From NCBI GenBank assembly GCA_964461235.1, contig CAYWUV010000013.1:10942-74941 (forward strand): DNA of 64,000 bases, read 5' to 3'. Below are positions 44,494 through 54,887 of this stretch, piece by piece; the first letter of the stretch is position 1, and each line of letters opens with the position of its first letter. The position numbers were made by a program, and so were the translations under genes. The notes under the pieces are model-generated. The model was given only the letters and a program-made list of their open reading frames with translations. It did not search any database and was not told where the DNA came from. Source of the stretch: an uncultured Bryobacterales bacterium (GTDB lineage Bacteria; Acidobacteriota; Terriglobia; Bryobacterales; UBA6623).

Positions 44494-46678
44494 TCCGGTT
44501 CAGTAGTGCCAGCGCGAAATCGACCAGTGAGTCCGGACCGGTGCCGAGGAACTCCTCGGCAATCCGCTCCTCCGTAGCGGTCGGTCTGCGTCCGAGCGTC
44601 AATTCGAATCCCGCCGCGATTTGGCAGACAGTGCCCGAGTGCCCGCACTGGCTGCCAAGCCGGTCTGCCAGGGCGCGGGACTGCTCCTGCATGAAGTCGC
44701 TATTCAGCAGGCTCAGCGACTGCAGCGCGTGTGTGGAAGTGCGTCTCACGGAGCAAGAAGTCATCGTGTCGGGCTGGTCGAAGTTTGCGAGGAAGGGTAG
44801 CCGCACGGTCCTCTTGTTGAGCAGGTACAGGCTCCTCCGATCATGCTGCCGGGTGTCCGGAGTCACTGGCCACAGGTTGTCCGGTTCCGCCTCCGTGAAG
44901 ATCAGGTCGTAGACCTCCTGCTCGATAGGGATCCTGACTGGCTTGCCGCCGAGCGCTCGATTGAGTCGTCCAGATGCTGCCAGCGCGCTGTCGCGGATCG
45001 ACTCGCCCGACAGGCGGCGGCGGTGAGCACGCCAGTACCATTCGTTGTCCGGATCCAGCGCCGCCCTTTCCTCATCGATGGCGGAGGACTGCATGTAGGT
45101 GCTCGACAAGACAATCAGGCGGTCGATCGCCTTGACACTCCACCCCTCCCGGACGAAACGGGTAGCGAGCCAGTCCAGCAACTCTGGGTGCGAAGGCATC
45201 CCGCCAAGCACGCCGAAGTTGTTGGGGTCCGCCATCAGGCCTCGGCCCATGCGGAACTCCCAGATCCGGTTGACCATCACCCGCGCAGTCAGAGGGTTCT
45301 CCGGAGTGGTCAGCCACCGCGCCAGGGACGCCCTCCGGCCGTCTGTACCCTCCGGAGCGTCGAATCCGAGTGTGCCGAGAATCTCCGGAAAGTCCGGCTT
45401 CACTGCGTCGCCCTTGCGACGGTAGTCGCCGCCACCCAGAACGTGGGTTCCCGGATCCTCCGCCAGGTTTTCCACTGCGAAAGCGGCCCGGGGAGGATCC
45501 GGCCTGCGTAGTTCCAGGGCGTGAAGGCGGTTGCGAAGTGCCGTCCTGCGGCGCTTGACGTCGTCCGGGATAAGGGGCAAGATTTCGTACCATACCGGTT
45601 TGATCTGCGAGCTGGCCTCCTTGGCTAGCCTCTCCTGCTCTTCGGTCCGCTCCTGCTCGGAAACGGCCAGGGCCGCCCGGAACTCGGGGTCCAGCCGGGC
45701 CCGCTTCCGCTCGAGGACCATCGTCGCGTAGGGAGCCTCGATCTCTTTCAGGCGGTCCTTGATCGGCTGGACCGTATCCTCGTGGAGAGCCTTGGCGGCT
45801 TCGTGAGCAGAAATCTCGCTCTCCTTTGCCGTTGGGACGTCCTTCAGATCAGTCGCGCCGAAGAAGGCTTCCAGTCGGTAGTAGTCGCGTTGGCTGATCG
45901 GATCGAACTTGTGGTCGTGACAGCGGGCACACTGGACGGTCAGTCCGAGGAGCGCTTGGCCAACACCCAGCGCCATTTCGGTCACCACTTCTTGGCGCGC
46001 CTCTTCCTTGTCCTGGTTCCCGCCTACCACGTGGCGCGGTCCGGCTCGGTGGAACCCGGTTCCGAGCAGTGCCTCGCTGTCTCCGGGAAACAATTCGTCC
46101 CCGGCGACTTGCTCTTGAACGAATCGGTCATAAGGCTTGTCCTCGTTGAATGAGCGGACGACATAGTCCCGGTACCTCCAGCCGTGCGGACGGTAGCCGT
46201 CCCTCTCGAAACCGTCCGTATCCGCGTACCTCACGACGTCCAGCCATTTCTCTGCCCAGCGCTCCCCGTAGTGCGGGGAGGCGAGGAGGGATTCGACGAG
46301 CCGGTCGTACGCTTCCGGGGAATCGTCGTTCAGATACGAGGAAGCCTGCTCCGATGTGGGAGGCAGGCCGGTGAGGTCGAGGCAAACCCGTCTCAGCAGC
46401 CGCTCCCTGGCTGTTTCGGCCGACGGCCTCAGGCCATTGGTGCGTAGTCCACGCCAAATGAATGCGTCGACGGGGGTCCGGATCCAGTTCGATGCTGATT
46501 GGGGCGCGGCAGGGGCCGTGGGGGACTGGAAGGCCCAATAGGCCCTCGCCCCCTCGGCTATGTCTCCAGTTGCGGCGGCTCCAGCCCAAACCGGCGGAAC
46601 CAGACTAGCGGAGAGGGCCGCCAGGAGGACTGCCGTTCCGGGGTTCACGGCTACATTATAAGAACGTTCTGGCAGCAT
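44471..46678 (-). CDS. DUF1549 + DUF1553 protein (no N-terminal PSCyt haem motif)
   Basis: 735 aa. DLTGLPPTSEQASSY, SPHYGERWAEKWLDV, QCARCHDHKFDP, NRIWEFRMGRGL. No CxxCH upstream of DUF1549, unlike the two paralogs. Confidence 0.85.
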   Translation of the reverse strand: MLPERSYNVAVNPGTAVLLAALSASLVPPVWAGAAATGDIAEGARAYWAFQSPTAPAAPQSASNWIRTPVDAFIWRGLRTNGLRPSAETARERLLRRVCLDLTGLPPTSEQASSYLNDDSPEAYDRLVESLLASPHYGERWAEKWLDVVRYADTDGFERDGYRPHGWRYRDYVVRSFNEDKPYDRFVQEQVAGDELFPGDSEALLGTGFHRAGPRHVVGGNQDKEEARQEVVTEMALGVGQALLGLTVQCARCHDHKFDPISQRDYYRLEAFFGATDLKDVPTAKESEISAHEAAKALHEDTVQPIKDRLKEIEAPYATMVLERKRARLDPEFRAALAVSEQERTEEQERLAKEASSQIKPVWYEILPLIPDDVKRRRTALRNRLHALELRRPDPPRAAFAVENLAEDPGTHVLGGGDYRRKGDAVKPDFPEILGTLGFDAPEGTDGRRASLARWLTTPENPLTARVMVNRIWEFRMGRGLMADPNNFGVLGGMPSHPELLDWLATRFVREGWSVKAIDRLIVLSSTYMQSSAIDEERAALDPDNEWYWRAHRRRLSGESIRDSALAASGRLNRALGGKPVRIPIEQEVYDLIFTEAEPDNLWPVTPDTRQHDRRSLYLLNKRTVRLPFLANFDQPDTMTSCSVRRTSTHALQSLSLLNSDFMQEQSRALADRLGSQCGHSGTVCQIAAGFELTLGRRPTATEERIAEEFLGTGPDSLVDFALALLNRNEFVYRP

Positions 46679-46770
46679 CGGCCGAATCCGGACCCCTCTG
46701 AATAGTGGTAGTTTGGATGTTCCGTGCCGGGTCCGCGCTGCTCCCGGGCGATCGGGACTGGAAGCAGCTG

Positions 46771-49119
46771 ATGGCGGAAGGCAACGCAGACGCGAACGTC
46801 CCTCTGTATTCGCGCTTGGCAGCAGTTCTGCCGTCGGGGCTGTTCATATGGCTCCTGTCAACAGTTCCTTCCGTTTCCCGCGGGGGCGAGCACTATTGGG
46901 AGGTCGAATGGCTCCCCCAGCTCGACATAGCGCTTAGCTTCCGCGTCGACGGTCTCTCTCTTTTGTTCGGGCTCCTCATCACAGGCATTGGGGCATTCAT
47001 CCTGCTGTATGCCAGCGAGTACATGCGCGGAGCCCCGCAGCTGGGGCGTTTCACGTTGTACCTCATCGCGTTCATGCTCTCGATGCTTGGTCTCGTGCTG
47101 ACCGACAACTTGGTAGCGTTATTTGTCTTCTGGGAACTGACCACCATCACGTCGTTCCTGCTGATCGGATACTCCCACGAGGACGCGGTAGCGCGACGGG
47201 CGGCACTGCAAGGCCTGCTCGTCACCGGAGCCGGTGCATTGGCCATGTTGGCCGGCTTCGTGCTCCTCGGCGCGGCGGCGGACACCTATAGCTTGCGCGA
47301 GATGCTCTCCGAGCCGGCCGGCCTATCCGGCCATCCGCACTACAACGCCATTCTCGTGCTGATTCTCGCCGGCGCCTTTACCAAGTCGGCCCAGTTCCCG
47401 TTTCACTTCTGGCTCCCCAACGCGATGGCGGCGCCGACGCCCGTGTCCGCGTACCTGCATTCGGCCACGATGGTAAAGGCGGGGGTCTTCCTGCTGGCAC
47501 GCCTGAATCCCATTCTCGGCAACACCGAGATGTGGGCACTCGCCTTGACCGTGGCCGGTGCCGTCACCGCTGTCTACTCGTCAGCCGTCGCTCTGACCAA
47601 GACCGATCTCAAGCAGATCCTCGCGTACACGACCGTGATGGCCTTGGGGGTTTGCGTCATGTTCATCGGGCTTCCGTCCGCCCACGGGCACGGCGAACCT
47701 CCCCTTGGGCCGATCGCCGCCGTGACGTTCGTCTTTGTCCACGCCCTCTACAAGGCGGCGCTGTTCATGGTGGCCGGCACGATCGATCACTCGGCAGGTA
47801 CACGGGACCTGCGGCTGTTGGGAGGCCTGCGAAAGGCGATGCCGTGGACGTTCGCGGCCGCATTGCTGGCGGCCCTGTCCATGGCAGGGATGCCCCCCTT
47901 CATCGGGTTCATCGGCAAGGAACTCCTGTACGAGAGCGCGACCGCATCGTCGCCCGCACTCTACGCCACGGCTGCCGCAGTCGCCGCCAACGCGATGATC
48001 GTGGCGGCCGCGGTCCTAGTCGTCGCGGTCCCTTTTGGCGGGACTCCGCCAAGCACCTTGCAAGACACTCACGAGGGACCCTGGACTCTCTGGGCTGGCT
48101 CGGCCGTCCTCGGCGTAGTGGCGCTCTCCACGGGTCTGGTTCCGCAGCTGGCGTTCGATCCAGTACTCATTCCCGCGGCTGGATCCGTAATCGGCCACAC
48201 GCCGGAGTTCGAAGCCACCCTCTGGCACGGTTTCAACATGCCGCTCATGCTCTCGGCGGTCACCGTCGCCTGCGGCGGGCTGCTGTTCTGGAAGCGCTCG
48301 GTAGCGCTGCGTGCGCTGGTCTGGAGCCTGAGCCGCATTCCGCTTACGGGCGACCGCGCGTATGACCTCTCCATGGACGGCATCGCCCGGTTTTCGACAT
48401 GGAACACGCGCTGGCTGCAGTGTGGCATCCAGCGCCGCTATATCCTGATCGCCTTTGCGGTCTTGGGCGCGAGCCTCGCCGTGACACTCGCGATCAAGGA
48501 TGGCTTGGTCCTGCCGGCAGGGCTTCCGGACGGCGATTTCATTGACTGGATGCTGGCGAGCCTTATCGCTGTTTCGGCGCTTGTCACGATCCGGGCCAAG
48601 TCGCGTTTGCTGGCGATCTGCGCCCTCGGCGTTGTCGGCACGGGGACAGCACTGATCTTCCTGGTCTACGGCGCGGTCGACGTAGCCATGACGCAGCTGA
48701 TGGTCGAGACCCTGGTTGTGGTGATTGTCGCGATGGTACTCCTGAAGCTTCCCAGTTTCAGGGACGAGGTCCGCCAGACGGCCTTCGGCAGATGGCGCGA
48801 CCGGATCGTATCCCTGACGGTCGGCGTGACGATCACGCTCGTTCTGATCTCCGTGACATCGACACCCTCGGAACGCGTGGTAACTGACCACTTGACCAAG
48901 ATCGCGTATCCGGAGGGCTTCGGCAGGAACGTCGTCAACGTGATTCTGGTCGACTTCCGTGGGTTCGACACCATGGGCGAGATCACGGTACTCGCGATCG
49001 CCGCAATCGCGGCCTATATGCTGATTCGGTGGCGGTTCCGCGGGACCACCGTGTCGAAAGCGGGTTTCGGACGGAGCGCAGACTCGAACTCCGCGGTCAA
49101 GCCGGAGGAACTGCTGTGA
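46771..49119 (+). CDS. mrpA: Na+(K+)/H+ antiporter subunit A (MrpA/MnhA, with C-terminal MnhB-like extension)
   Basis: ORF 46705-49119; ATG 46771. About 780 aa, polytopic, NuoL-like ([29 protein letters not shown]; [30 protein letters not shown]). Confidence 0.85.
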   Translation: MAEGNADANVPLYSRLAAVLPSGLFIWLLSTVPSVSRGGEHYWEVEWLPQLDIALSFRVDGLSLLFGLLITGIGAFILLYASEYMRGAPQLGRFTLYLIAFMLSMLGLVLTDNLVALFVFWELTTITSFLLIGYSHEDAVARRAALQGLLVTGAGALAMLAGFVLLGAAADTYSLREMLSEPAGLSGHPHYNAILVLILAGAFTKSAQFPFHFWLPNAMAAPTPVSAYLHSATMVKAGVFLLARLNPILGNTEMWALALTVAGAVTAVYSSAVALTKTDLKQILAYTTVMALGVCVMFIGLPSAHGHGEPPLGPIAAVTFVFVHALYKAALFMVAGTIDHSAGTRDLRLLGGLRKAMPWTFAAALLAALSMAGMPPFIGFIGKELLYESATASSPALYATAAAVAANAMIVAAAVLVVAVPFGGTPPSTLQDTHEGPWTLWAGSAVLGVVALSTGLVPQLAFDPVLIPAAGSVIGHTPEFEATLWHGFNMPLMLSAVTVACGGLLFWKRSVALRALVWSLSRIPLTGDRAYDLSMDGIARFSTWNTRWLQCGIQRRYILIAFAVLGASLAVTLAIKDGLVLPAGLPDGDFIDWMLASLIAVSALVTIRAKSRLLAICALGVVGTGTALIFLVYGAVDVAMTQLMVETLVVVIVAMVLLKLPSFRDEVRQTAFGRWRDRIVSLTVGVTITLVLISVTSTPSERVVTDHLTKIAYPEGFGRNVVNVILVDFRGFDTMGEITVLAIAAIAAYMLIRWRFRGTTVSKAGFGRSADSNSAVKPEELL

Positions 49120-49520
49120 ACACCCTGATCCTGCGCGAGACGACCCGAGTGCTCGTGGCATTGATGCTCGTGTTCTCGGTCTTCACTCTGCTGCGCGGCC
49201 ATGACCAGCCTGGCGGGGGTTTCGTCGGCGGGCTGATCGCTTCTATAGCGTTCTCGCTGTACATGTTCGTGGCGGACGCGCCTGCGGTGCGTCGCCTCCT
49301 GCGAGTTGACCCTCGCAGCGTCGCAGCCTCCGGGCTGGGGCTAGCCGTTCTCTCCGGATTCGTCAGTTCGCTGACTGACGGAGCGCCGTTCCTCACATCG
49401 GCCTGGGTAACGATCGGAAGCGCGAAGCTAGGCACACCGCTGCTCTTCGATGTCGGAGTCTATCTTGTCGTCACCGGAGCTGCCCTGACCTTTGTGCTGG
49501 GGATAAAGGAACAGAGATGA
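49116..49520 (+). CDS. mrpB: Antiporter subunit B
   Basis: GTG overlaps the mrpA stop (GTGA). [30 protein letters not shown] is the MnhB signature. Confidence 0.8.
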   Translation: MNTLILRETTRVLVALMLVFSVFTLLRGHDQPGGGFVGGLIASIAFSLYMFVADAPAVRRLLRVDPRSVAASGLGLAVLSGFVSSLTDGAPFLTSAWVTIGSAKLGTPLLFDVGVYLVVTGAALTFVLGIKEQR

Positions 49521-49561
49521 AGACTCGGCTGAGCGGCCGTATAACGCGAGGAGATTGAACC

Positions 49562-49957
49562 GTGGAGACAATCGTTGCGGTCGTGGTGGGCGTGCTCATG
49601 GCTTCGAGCGTGTACCTCATGCTGAGCCCGAACCTCGTGCGGTTCGTCTTGGGTCTGGCCCTGATTTCGCATGCCGCCAACCTGCTGATCTTTGCTAGCG
49701 GGGGAATGGCGAGTTCGATGGCGCACTCCGTGCTGGACGGTGCCTTGGGTGATGGTCGCATCGAATCCGACTCGGTAGCGCAGGCGCTCATCCTAACCGC
49801 GATCGTCATCTCGTTCAGCATCCTGACATTTGCCTTGGTGCTTGCGTTCCGCGTCTATCAGATGCTGGAGACTGTCGACACGGATGCCATGCGTGCGGCG
49901 GAGCCGCTACCCGGAGACGCGGAGGGGCGGGGAAGCGAAACGGTTGGGCGCAAATGA
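49562..49957 (+). CDS. mrpC: Antiporter subunit C (NuoK-like)
   Basis: GTG start with GAGGAG SD; 131 aa; MASSVYLMLSPNLVRFVLGLALISHAANLLIF. Confidence 0.85.
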   Translation: METIVAVVVGVLMASSVYLMLSPNLVRFVLGLALISHAANLLIFASGGMASSMAHSVLDGALGDGRIESDSVAQALILTAIVISFSILTFALVLAFRVYQMLETVDTDAMRAAEPLPGDAEGRGSETVGRK

Positions 49958-51501
49958 GCTGGCTCGTTGTCGGACCCATCGTCCTGCCCCTGGTCGCGTC
50001 GATCATGGTGGGCCTTCTGATCCGCTCGGGGCGCGGGCGGCAGCTGGTCAGCGCCTGTGCGGGAATCGCCCTGCTCGGAATCGCAGTCGGCTTGCTGATG
50101 CGAGTGGCGCAGGAGGGTGTGGTGTCGGTGCAGATCGGCAACTGGCCGGCGCCATTCGGCATTACGCTTGTTGCCGATTATTTGAGCGCATCGATGGTGC
50201 TGATCACGGCGGTCATCGGGCTAGCAACGATCGTGTACTCCATCGGAGACGTACAGCGGAGAGGACTGTATGGAATCTTCCATCCGCTTCTGCTCGTCCT
50301 GCTCGCCAGTGTTAGCGGGGCTTTCCTCGCCGGCGACATCTTCAACCTCTACGTGTGGTTCGAAGTGATGCTGATCTCTTCGATCGCACTCCTGGTCGTC
50401 GGAGGGACCCCGGCCCAAGTGGATGGCGCGGTGCGATACACGGCGCTCAGCCTCATTGCGACCACCCTGCTGCTCACAGGCATCGGGCTACTGTACGGGC
50501 TCACCGGCACCCTCAACATGGCCGACCTGCACCTGAGGGTCCAGGAGGTGGAGAACCAAGGCACGTTGACCGCGATTGCTGTCATCTTCATCGTGGCGTT
50601 CGGGATCAAGTCTGCGGTGTTCCCCTTGTTCTTCTGGCTGCCGGCCAGCTACCACACCCCTCAGTTTGCCGTTTCTGCGATCTTCTCCGGACTGCTGACC
50701 AAGGTCGGCGTATACGCCCTGATGCGGACCTTTACGCTGATCTTCACGAACGATGTGGGCTATACCCACGAGATCCTGCTGTGGCTCGCAGGCCTCACCA
50801 TGGTGACGGGCGTGCTGGGTGCTGCCGCGCAGGACGAGCTTCGCAGGATCCTGTCATTCCACATAGTCAGCCAGATCGGCTACATGATCCTCGGGCTCGC
50901 GCTATTCACTCGAATGGGCCTTCTGGGAGGGATCTTCTACGTTATCCACCATATCGTCGTGAAGGCCAATCTATTCTTCGTTGCAGGGCTGGTGCAACGG
51001 GTGGGCGGGTCGTCTGAACTCAGGAGCCTTGGCGGGCTGTATCGCGACTCCCCGCTTCTGGCAGCGCTGTTCTTCATTCCGGCCTTCTCGTTGGCTGGCT
51101 TCCCTCCCTTGTCCGGTTTCTGGGCAAAGTTCCTCTTGATTCGGGCGTCGATCGAGACGCACGAGTACTGGATTGCGGCCGTGGCGTTGGTCGTCGGGTT
51201 GCTGACAGCGTATTCCATGACGAAGATCTGGCTCGGTGCCTTTTGGAAAGCGCGCCCGTCCGATGCTCCTGCCCCCTTGCCGATGTCCCGCCAGAAGCGG
51301 ATGCTGATGGTCGTTCCCGTTGCGGGGCTGGCGGTGATAACGCTGATAATCGGCCTGTACGCCGCGCCGTTGTACGAGTTTGCAGATCGCGCGGCGGGGC
51401 AGCTGATGGATCCAAGCGAATACGTGAATACCGTGCTTGGCGATCAAGCGGGGCAGGGATTGGCCGGAGCGCCCGCAGCCGGGATGGGTGCAGCCGAATG
51501 A
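49954..51501 (+). CDS. mrpD: Antiporter subunit D (NuoN/M-like)
   Basis: ATGA overlap with mrpC; 515 aa; FNLYVWFEVMLISS and FPLFFWLPASYHTP motifs. Confidence 0.85.
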   Translation: MSWLVVGPIVLPLVASIMVGLLIRSGRGRQLVSACAGIALLGIAVGLLMRVAQEGVVSVQIGNWPAPFGITLVADYLSASMVLITAVIGLATIVYSIGDVQRRGLYGIFHPLLLVLLASVSGAFLAGDIFNLYVWFEVMLISSIALLVVGGTPAQVDGAVRYTALSLIATTLLLTGIGLLYGLTGTLNMADLHLRVQEVENQGTLTAIAVIFIVAFGIKSAVFPLFFWLPASYHTPQFAVSAIFSGLLTKVGVYALMRTFTLIFTNDVGYTHEILLWLAGLTMVTGVLGAAAQDELRRILSFHIVSQIGYMILGLALFTRMGLLGGIFYVIHHIVVKANLFFVAGLVQRVGGSSELRSLGGLYRDSPLLAALFFIPAFSLAGFPPLSGFWAKFLLIRASIETHEYWIAAVALVVGLLTAYSMTKIWLGAFWKARPSDAPAPLPMSRQKRMLMVVPVAGLAVITLIIGLYAAPLYEFADRAAGQLMDPSEYVNTVLGDQAGQGLAGAPAAGMGAAE

Positions 51502-51974
51502 CGGGTCTGTTCCGGGTCAACCTGCTGTTTGCGGCCGGCTGGTGCGCGATGTGGGGGCAGTTCTCTTTGGCGAACTTGGTTTGGGGCTTCCTGATCGGAT
51601 TCGGTGCCTTGAGCGTGGCGAGCCCGATGTTCGGTCCGACCGGCTACTTCGGGACCGTGATCCGAATGGCGAAGCTCGGTTTGCACTTCCTATGGGAGTT
51701 GGTGCAGTCGAGTTTGCTGGTCGCTTGGGACGTGCTGACCCCGGTGCATCGCTCGAACCCCGCCATCCTTGCCATTCCTCTTGATATCAGGGACCCGATC
51801 CAGATCACTGTACTCGCGAACCTGATCTCCCTAACGCCCGGAACGTTGAGCTTGGACGTGAGCCCGGACCGTCGGATGCTGTATGTCCATTGCATGTTCG
51901 TAGATGACCCGGACGAGACCCGGGGCAAGATCAAGCGCGGCTTCGAACGCTTGGTGAGGGAGGCGATGGAATGA
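51498..51974 (+). CDS. mrpE: Antiporter subunit E
   Basis: ATGA overlap with mrpD; MTGLFRVNLLFAAGWCAMWGQFSLANLVWGF...; size and operon position. Confidence 0.75.
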   Translation: MTGLFRVNLLFAAGWCAMWGQFSLANLVWGFLIGFGALSVASPMFGPTGYFGTVIRMAKLGLHFLWELVQSSLLVAWDVLTPVHRSNPAILAIPLDIRDPIQITVLANLISLTPGTLSLDVSPDRRMLYVHCMFVDDPDETRGKIKRGFERLVREAME

Positions 51975-52306
51975 TCGGCCTTGAAGGGCATGCTCTCGTT
52001 GTGGCCTGGGCCATCAACATCTCCGGGATCCTGATCCTGCTGGGGGCCATCTGCGCCTTCATCCGCCTCGTGCTGGGACCGACGATGCCGGATCGCGTGG
52101 TCTCGGTCGACGCCATCACGATCCTCGCGGTAGCCCTTGCTGGACTGTTCTCGATAGCCAGCCACCGCCCAGCGTTCATTGACTTGGCGATTGCGCTTGC
52201 GCTGGTAGCCTTCCTGGCGACTGTCGCGTTCGCTTGGTTTGCGGACCGTCGCGCGGCCCAGCTCGGCTCGGGGTCCGGTTCCGAACGCATGGAAGGGGAC
52301 GACTGA
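51971..52306 (+). CDS. mrpF: Antiporter subunit F
   Basis: ATGA overlap with mrpE; 111 aa; ...RLVLGPTMPDRVVSVDAITILAV... Confidence 0.75.
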   Translation: MIGLEGHALVVAWAINISGILILLGAICAFIRLVLGPTMPDRVVSVDAITILAVALAGLFSIASHRPAFIDLAIALALVAFLATVAFAWFADRRAAQLGSGSGSERMEGDD

Positions 52307-52680
52307 TGCAGCCCGCGGTTCTTTGGACCGACTGGGTCGTCGCCGCGGCACTGCTGACGGGGGGCTTCTTCCTGTTCGTTTCCGGTCTGGGAATCCTCCG
52401 CCTGCCAGACGTCTTCATTCGGATGCACGCCTCTACTAAGGCTGGCACCCTGGGAGCCGGGCTGATTTTCCTTGCCGTGGCTGTGAATTTCCGTGACACG
52501 TCCAGCATTTCGCTGTCGTTGCTGACCATCGTCTTCCTGCTGGTCACCGTCCCGGTTGCAGCGCATGCGATCGGCAGGGTGGCCTACTGTATACGGGTGC
52601 CGCTATGGCGGAAGACGCACCTCGATGAGTGGCAAGCGCGATACAGGCTTGAGCCCGACAATCGCAACAGCTCCGAGTAG
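52306..52680 (+). CDS. mrpG: Antiporter subunit G
   Basis: The ATG shares one base with the mrpF stop. GLGILRLPDVFIRMHASTKAGTLGAGLIFLAV is the MnhG signature. Confidence 0.8.
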   Translation: MQPAVLWTDWVVAAALLTGGFFLFVSGLGILRLPDVFIRMHASTKAGTLGAGLIFLAVAVNFRDTSSISLSLLTIVFLLVTVPVAAHAIGRVAYCIRVPLWRKTHLDEWQARYRLEPDNRNSSE

Positions 52681-52833
52681 GGCCGCAGCCCTCACTCTCG
52701 ACGGCACGCATCGACGACCGTAGCGCCGTTGGCTCCAGCGTTCGGTCGATCCGGCCCGAGGAGCCCAGCTCAACGGTCCCGCCCCGATCTCGAGCTGCCG
52801 GGTCGACGCAGTTCGCCGGAAGGCTTCTATTCG

Positions 52834-54153
52834 TCAGTCGTCCGGGAGCTCGGACTTCGATGGCTCGGGCAGCCAATGGCTTGCTACGAGTCCAATGGCA
52901 TAGGCCGCGGTTCCCACCAATCCAGCTGCGAATGCCAGCTGAACGAACTCGTTGTCTCCAGGGGTGTAGTTCGCAATCGTAGTTGTTAGCAACGCCGCGA
53001 AGGTACCGAGCATCCGCCCTCCGATATTGGCCGCGAATGACTCGCCTGTTCCCCGCAGCCGTGTCGGATAAACGCGAGGAAGATAGTTGCCCCAGAAGCT
53101 GAACTGCGCCACCGTGAACAGTCCCGCCAGGAACATTCCGACGCGAAGCATCCCCAGATCGTTCGTTGCCGCATAAAAGAAGACCAGCGGGAACACGATC
53201 AGTCCCCCGAACTGGAACGACCTCAGCAGATTCCGCCGGGCCGCCACCATGACCACGAGAACAGCGAGCAGGATGCGACCCACAACTCCGCCGACTTCCT
53301 GAATGCCCTGGACCGCCGCCACGACCGTCTCTTGCTCCGGGCGGGCGAGATCTTCCACCAGGCCCGGTACGATCCGGGGGACATGCTGGATGGCGCCGAA
53401 GGCGGCTCCGAAGCTGCACGCCATGATGATGGTGGTCACTACGGTGGTCCTGAGTAGGCGGGGCTGGAACAGTTCCCTGACGCTCGGACGTTGCAGCGCG
53501 CCGGCCGCCTTCTTCTGGGCCCACATGGGCGACTCGGGCAGGAACGGGCGGATGATCATGAGCGGGATCGCGGGAATCAGCCCGGAAATCAGGGTGTACC
53601 GCCACGCCTCGTGCCCGCCGTAGATTTCGGGCAGCATCTGCCCGTAGGTGTTCGCGAGGTAGTAGGCACCGGTCACCATCAGGCCACCCACTGAACTGAA
53701 GGCTTGCGTCCACCCGATGACGGCCTCGCGCTTCTTGGCGTCCGGGAACAGTTCCGCGAGCCAAGCGATCGCTGCGACAAACTCAACGGCCACGCCGATG
53801 AATGTCGTGCACCGGAAGAAGAGTAGTGTTCCAAGGTTCGTCGCGAAGCCGGCTGCGAAGGCGGAACAGCCGTAGAGCAGGATGCTCCAGACGAGTACGG
53901 ATCTGCGGCCGAAACGGTCCGTAAGCCATCCGCCCAGCAGTCCGAAGATCCCGCCGCATACGGCAGGGACAAAGAACAGCAGTCCGATCCAAAGATTGAA
54001 CTCGGGCGTACCCGGGCGCACGCTCGCCAGTTCCAGCAAGGCCGGCCGCACGATAAGGGGCAGCATCAGCAGCTCGTAGATGTCGAACGCAAAGCCGAGG
54101 GCCGCGACGAAGCAAATCAGCCATTGGGTGCGGGTCAGGGTTGGGATGTTCAT
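52834..54153 (-). CDS. MFS transporter
   Basis: 439 aa, about 12 predicted hydrophobic segments. The GGWLTDRFGRRSVL loop motif between TM2 and TM3 is characteristic of the major facilitator superfamily. Confidence 0.8.
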   Translation of the reverse strand: MNIPTLTRTQWLICFVAALGFAFDIYELLMLPLIVRPALLELASVRPGTPEFNLWIGLLFFVPAVCGGIFGLLGGWLTDRFGRRSVLVWSILLYGCSAFAAGFATNLGTLLFFRCTTFIGVAVEFVAAIAWLAELFPDAKKREAVIGWTQAFSSVGGLMVTGAYYLANTYGQMLPEIYGGHEAWRYTLISGLIPAIPLMIIRPFLPESPMWAQKKAAGALQRPSVRELFQPRLLRTTVVTTIIMACSFGAAFGAIQHVPRIVPGLVEDLARPEQETVVAAVQGIQEVGGVVGRILLAVLVVMVAARRNLLRSFQFGGLIVFPLVFFYAATNDLGMLRVGMFLAGLFTVAQFSFWGNYLPRVYPTRLRGTGESFAANIGGRMLGTFAALLTTTIANYTPGDNEFVQLAFAAGLVGTAAYAIGLVASHWLPEPSKSELPDD

Positions 54154-54203
54154 GGAGACGACCTAGACTGTAGCGGAATGGATGATGCGGACGCGCGAGT
54201 CCC

Positions 54204-54662
54204 TCAGATCACCAAGTCGTTCTCGTTCATTCCGCCGCAGCCTCCCTCCCGGAAGGGACGGGGGCAACCACCTTGGTAGCAGGCCGTTCCACTAAAGCCA
54301 TTCGGGTTGACGAAGGCGATCCACTCCCGCACCTTCGCGCGAACCTGTTCCGCGGAGGCGTTCTGCCTGGCGATCATGTACTGACTCAATCCCCAGATGG
54401 TGCGGGAGATGTTGCAGGAGCAACAGCAGGTATAAGCGCTGTTGTCCGAGCAGCAGGGTGCTGGAATCGGTTCGAGTGCCGCCTTCTTGATCGCCTCCTG
54501 AGCGGGGCTCAGGCGGATTTCGGCATGCCAGCGCATGAATTCCCTCGACTGGGACTCCAGATCCCGAAATTCGATTCCTTCCGCCCCCAATCCGCTCTTG
54601 CCAACCAGCACCAGTTGGCCCGTCGACGCCAGAAGAAGGAGGTGCCTCCTGCTGATTCGCAT
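54204..54662 (-). CDS. Small secreted Cys-cluster protein (152 aa) of unknown function
   Basis: ORF to 54854; ATG at 54662 gives the Tat-like MRISRRHLLLLASTGQLVL. Cys cluster PAPCCSDNSAYTCCCSCN and C-terminal CYQGGCPRPFREGGCGG. Lies 50 bp upstream of the MFS gene on the same strand. Confidence 0.55.
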   Translation of the reverse strand: MRISRRHLLLLASTGQLVLVGKSGLGAEGIEFRDLESQSREFMRWHAEIRLSPAQEAIKKAALEPIPAPCCSDNSAYTCCCSCNISRTIWGLSQYMIARQNASAEQVRAKVREWIAFVNPNGFSGTACYQGGCPRPFREGGCGGMNENDLVI

Positions 54663-54887
54663 GCAATCAGAATAGCCTAGCGGTAGCGTCGGAAGAACGC
54701 TTGCGGACTCCGGTGTTGCCTTCAATCCCTGCTGGCGCCCAATTGCTAGCCTGGGTAAGGGCACCGGAGAATCGGACCTTTGTTGGGGACTCCGGCCGAA
54801 CGCCCCTCGGCCTTGGCGGCTCCACGGATCGGCGCAAACGAACTCAGCCGGCAAGCAACGGAGACGATGTCGGTCGACCGCACTGGT

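Noticed and set aside
42233-44577. 318-aa and 310-aa plus-strand ORFs antisense to the sulfatase and DUF1501 genes
   Set aside because: They are shadow ORFs opposite genes that carry unmistakable sulfatase and DUF1501 motifs.
48016-49161. 381-aa minus-strand ORF across mrpA/mrpB
   Set aside because: It is antisense to a well-supported polytopic antiporter subunit. The translation is Arg/Asp/Gly-rich with no motifs, so it is a shadow ORF.
52544-53764. 406-aa minus-strand ORF in a different frame of the MFS gene
   Set aside because: The MFS frame gives 12 hydrophobic segments and the family loop motif. The alternative frame gives Arg/Gly/Pro-rich sequence.
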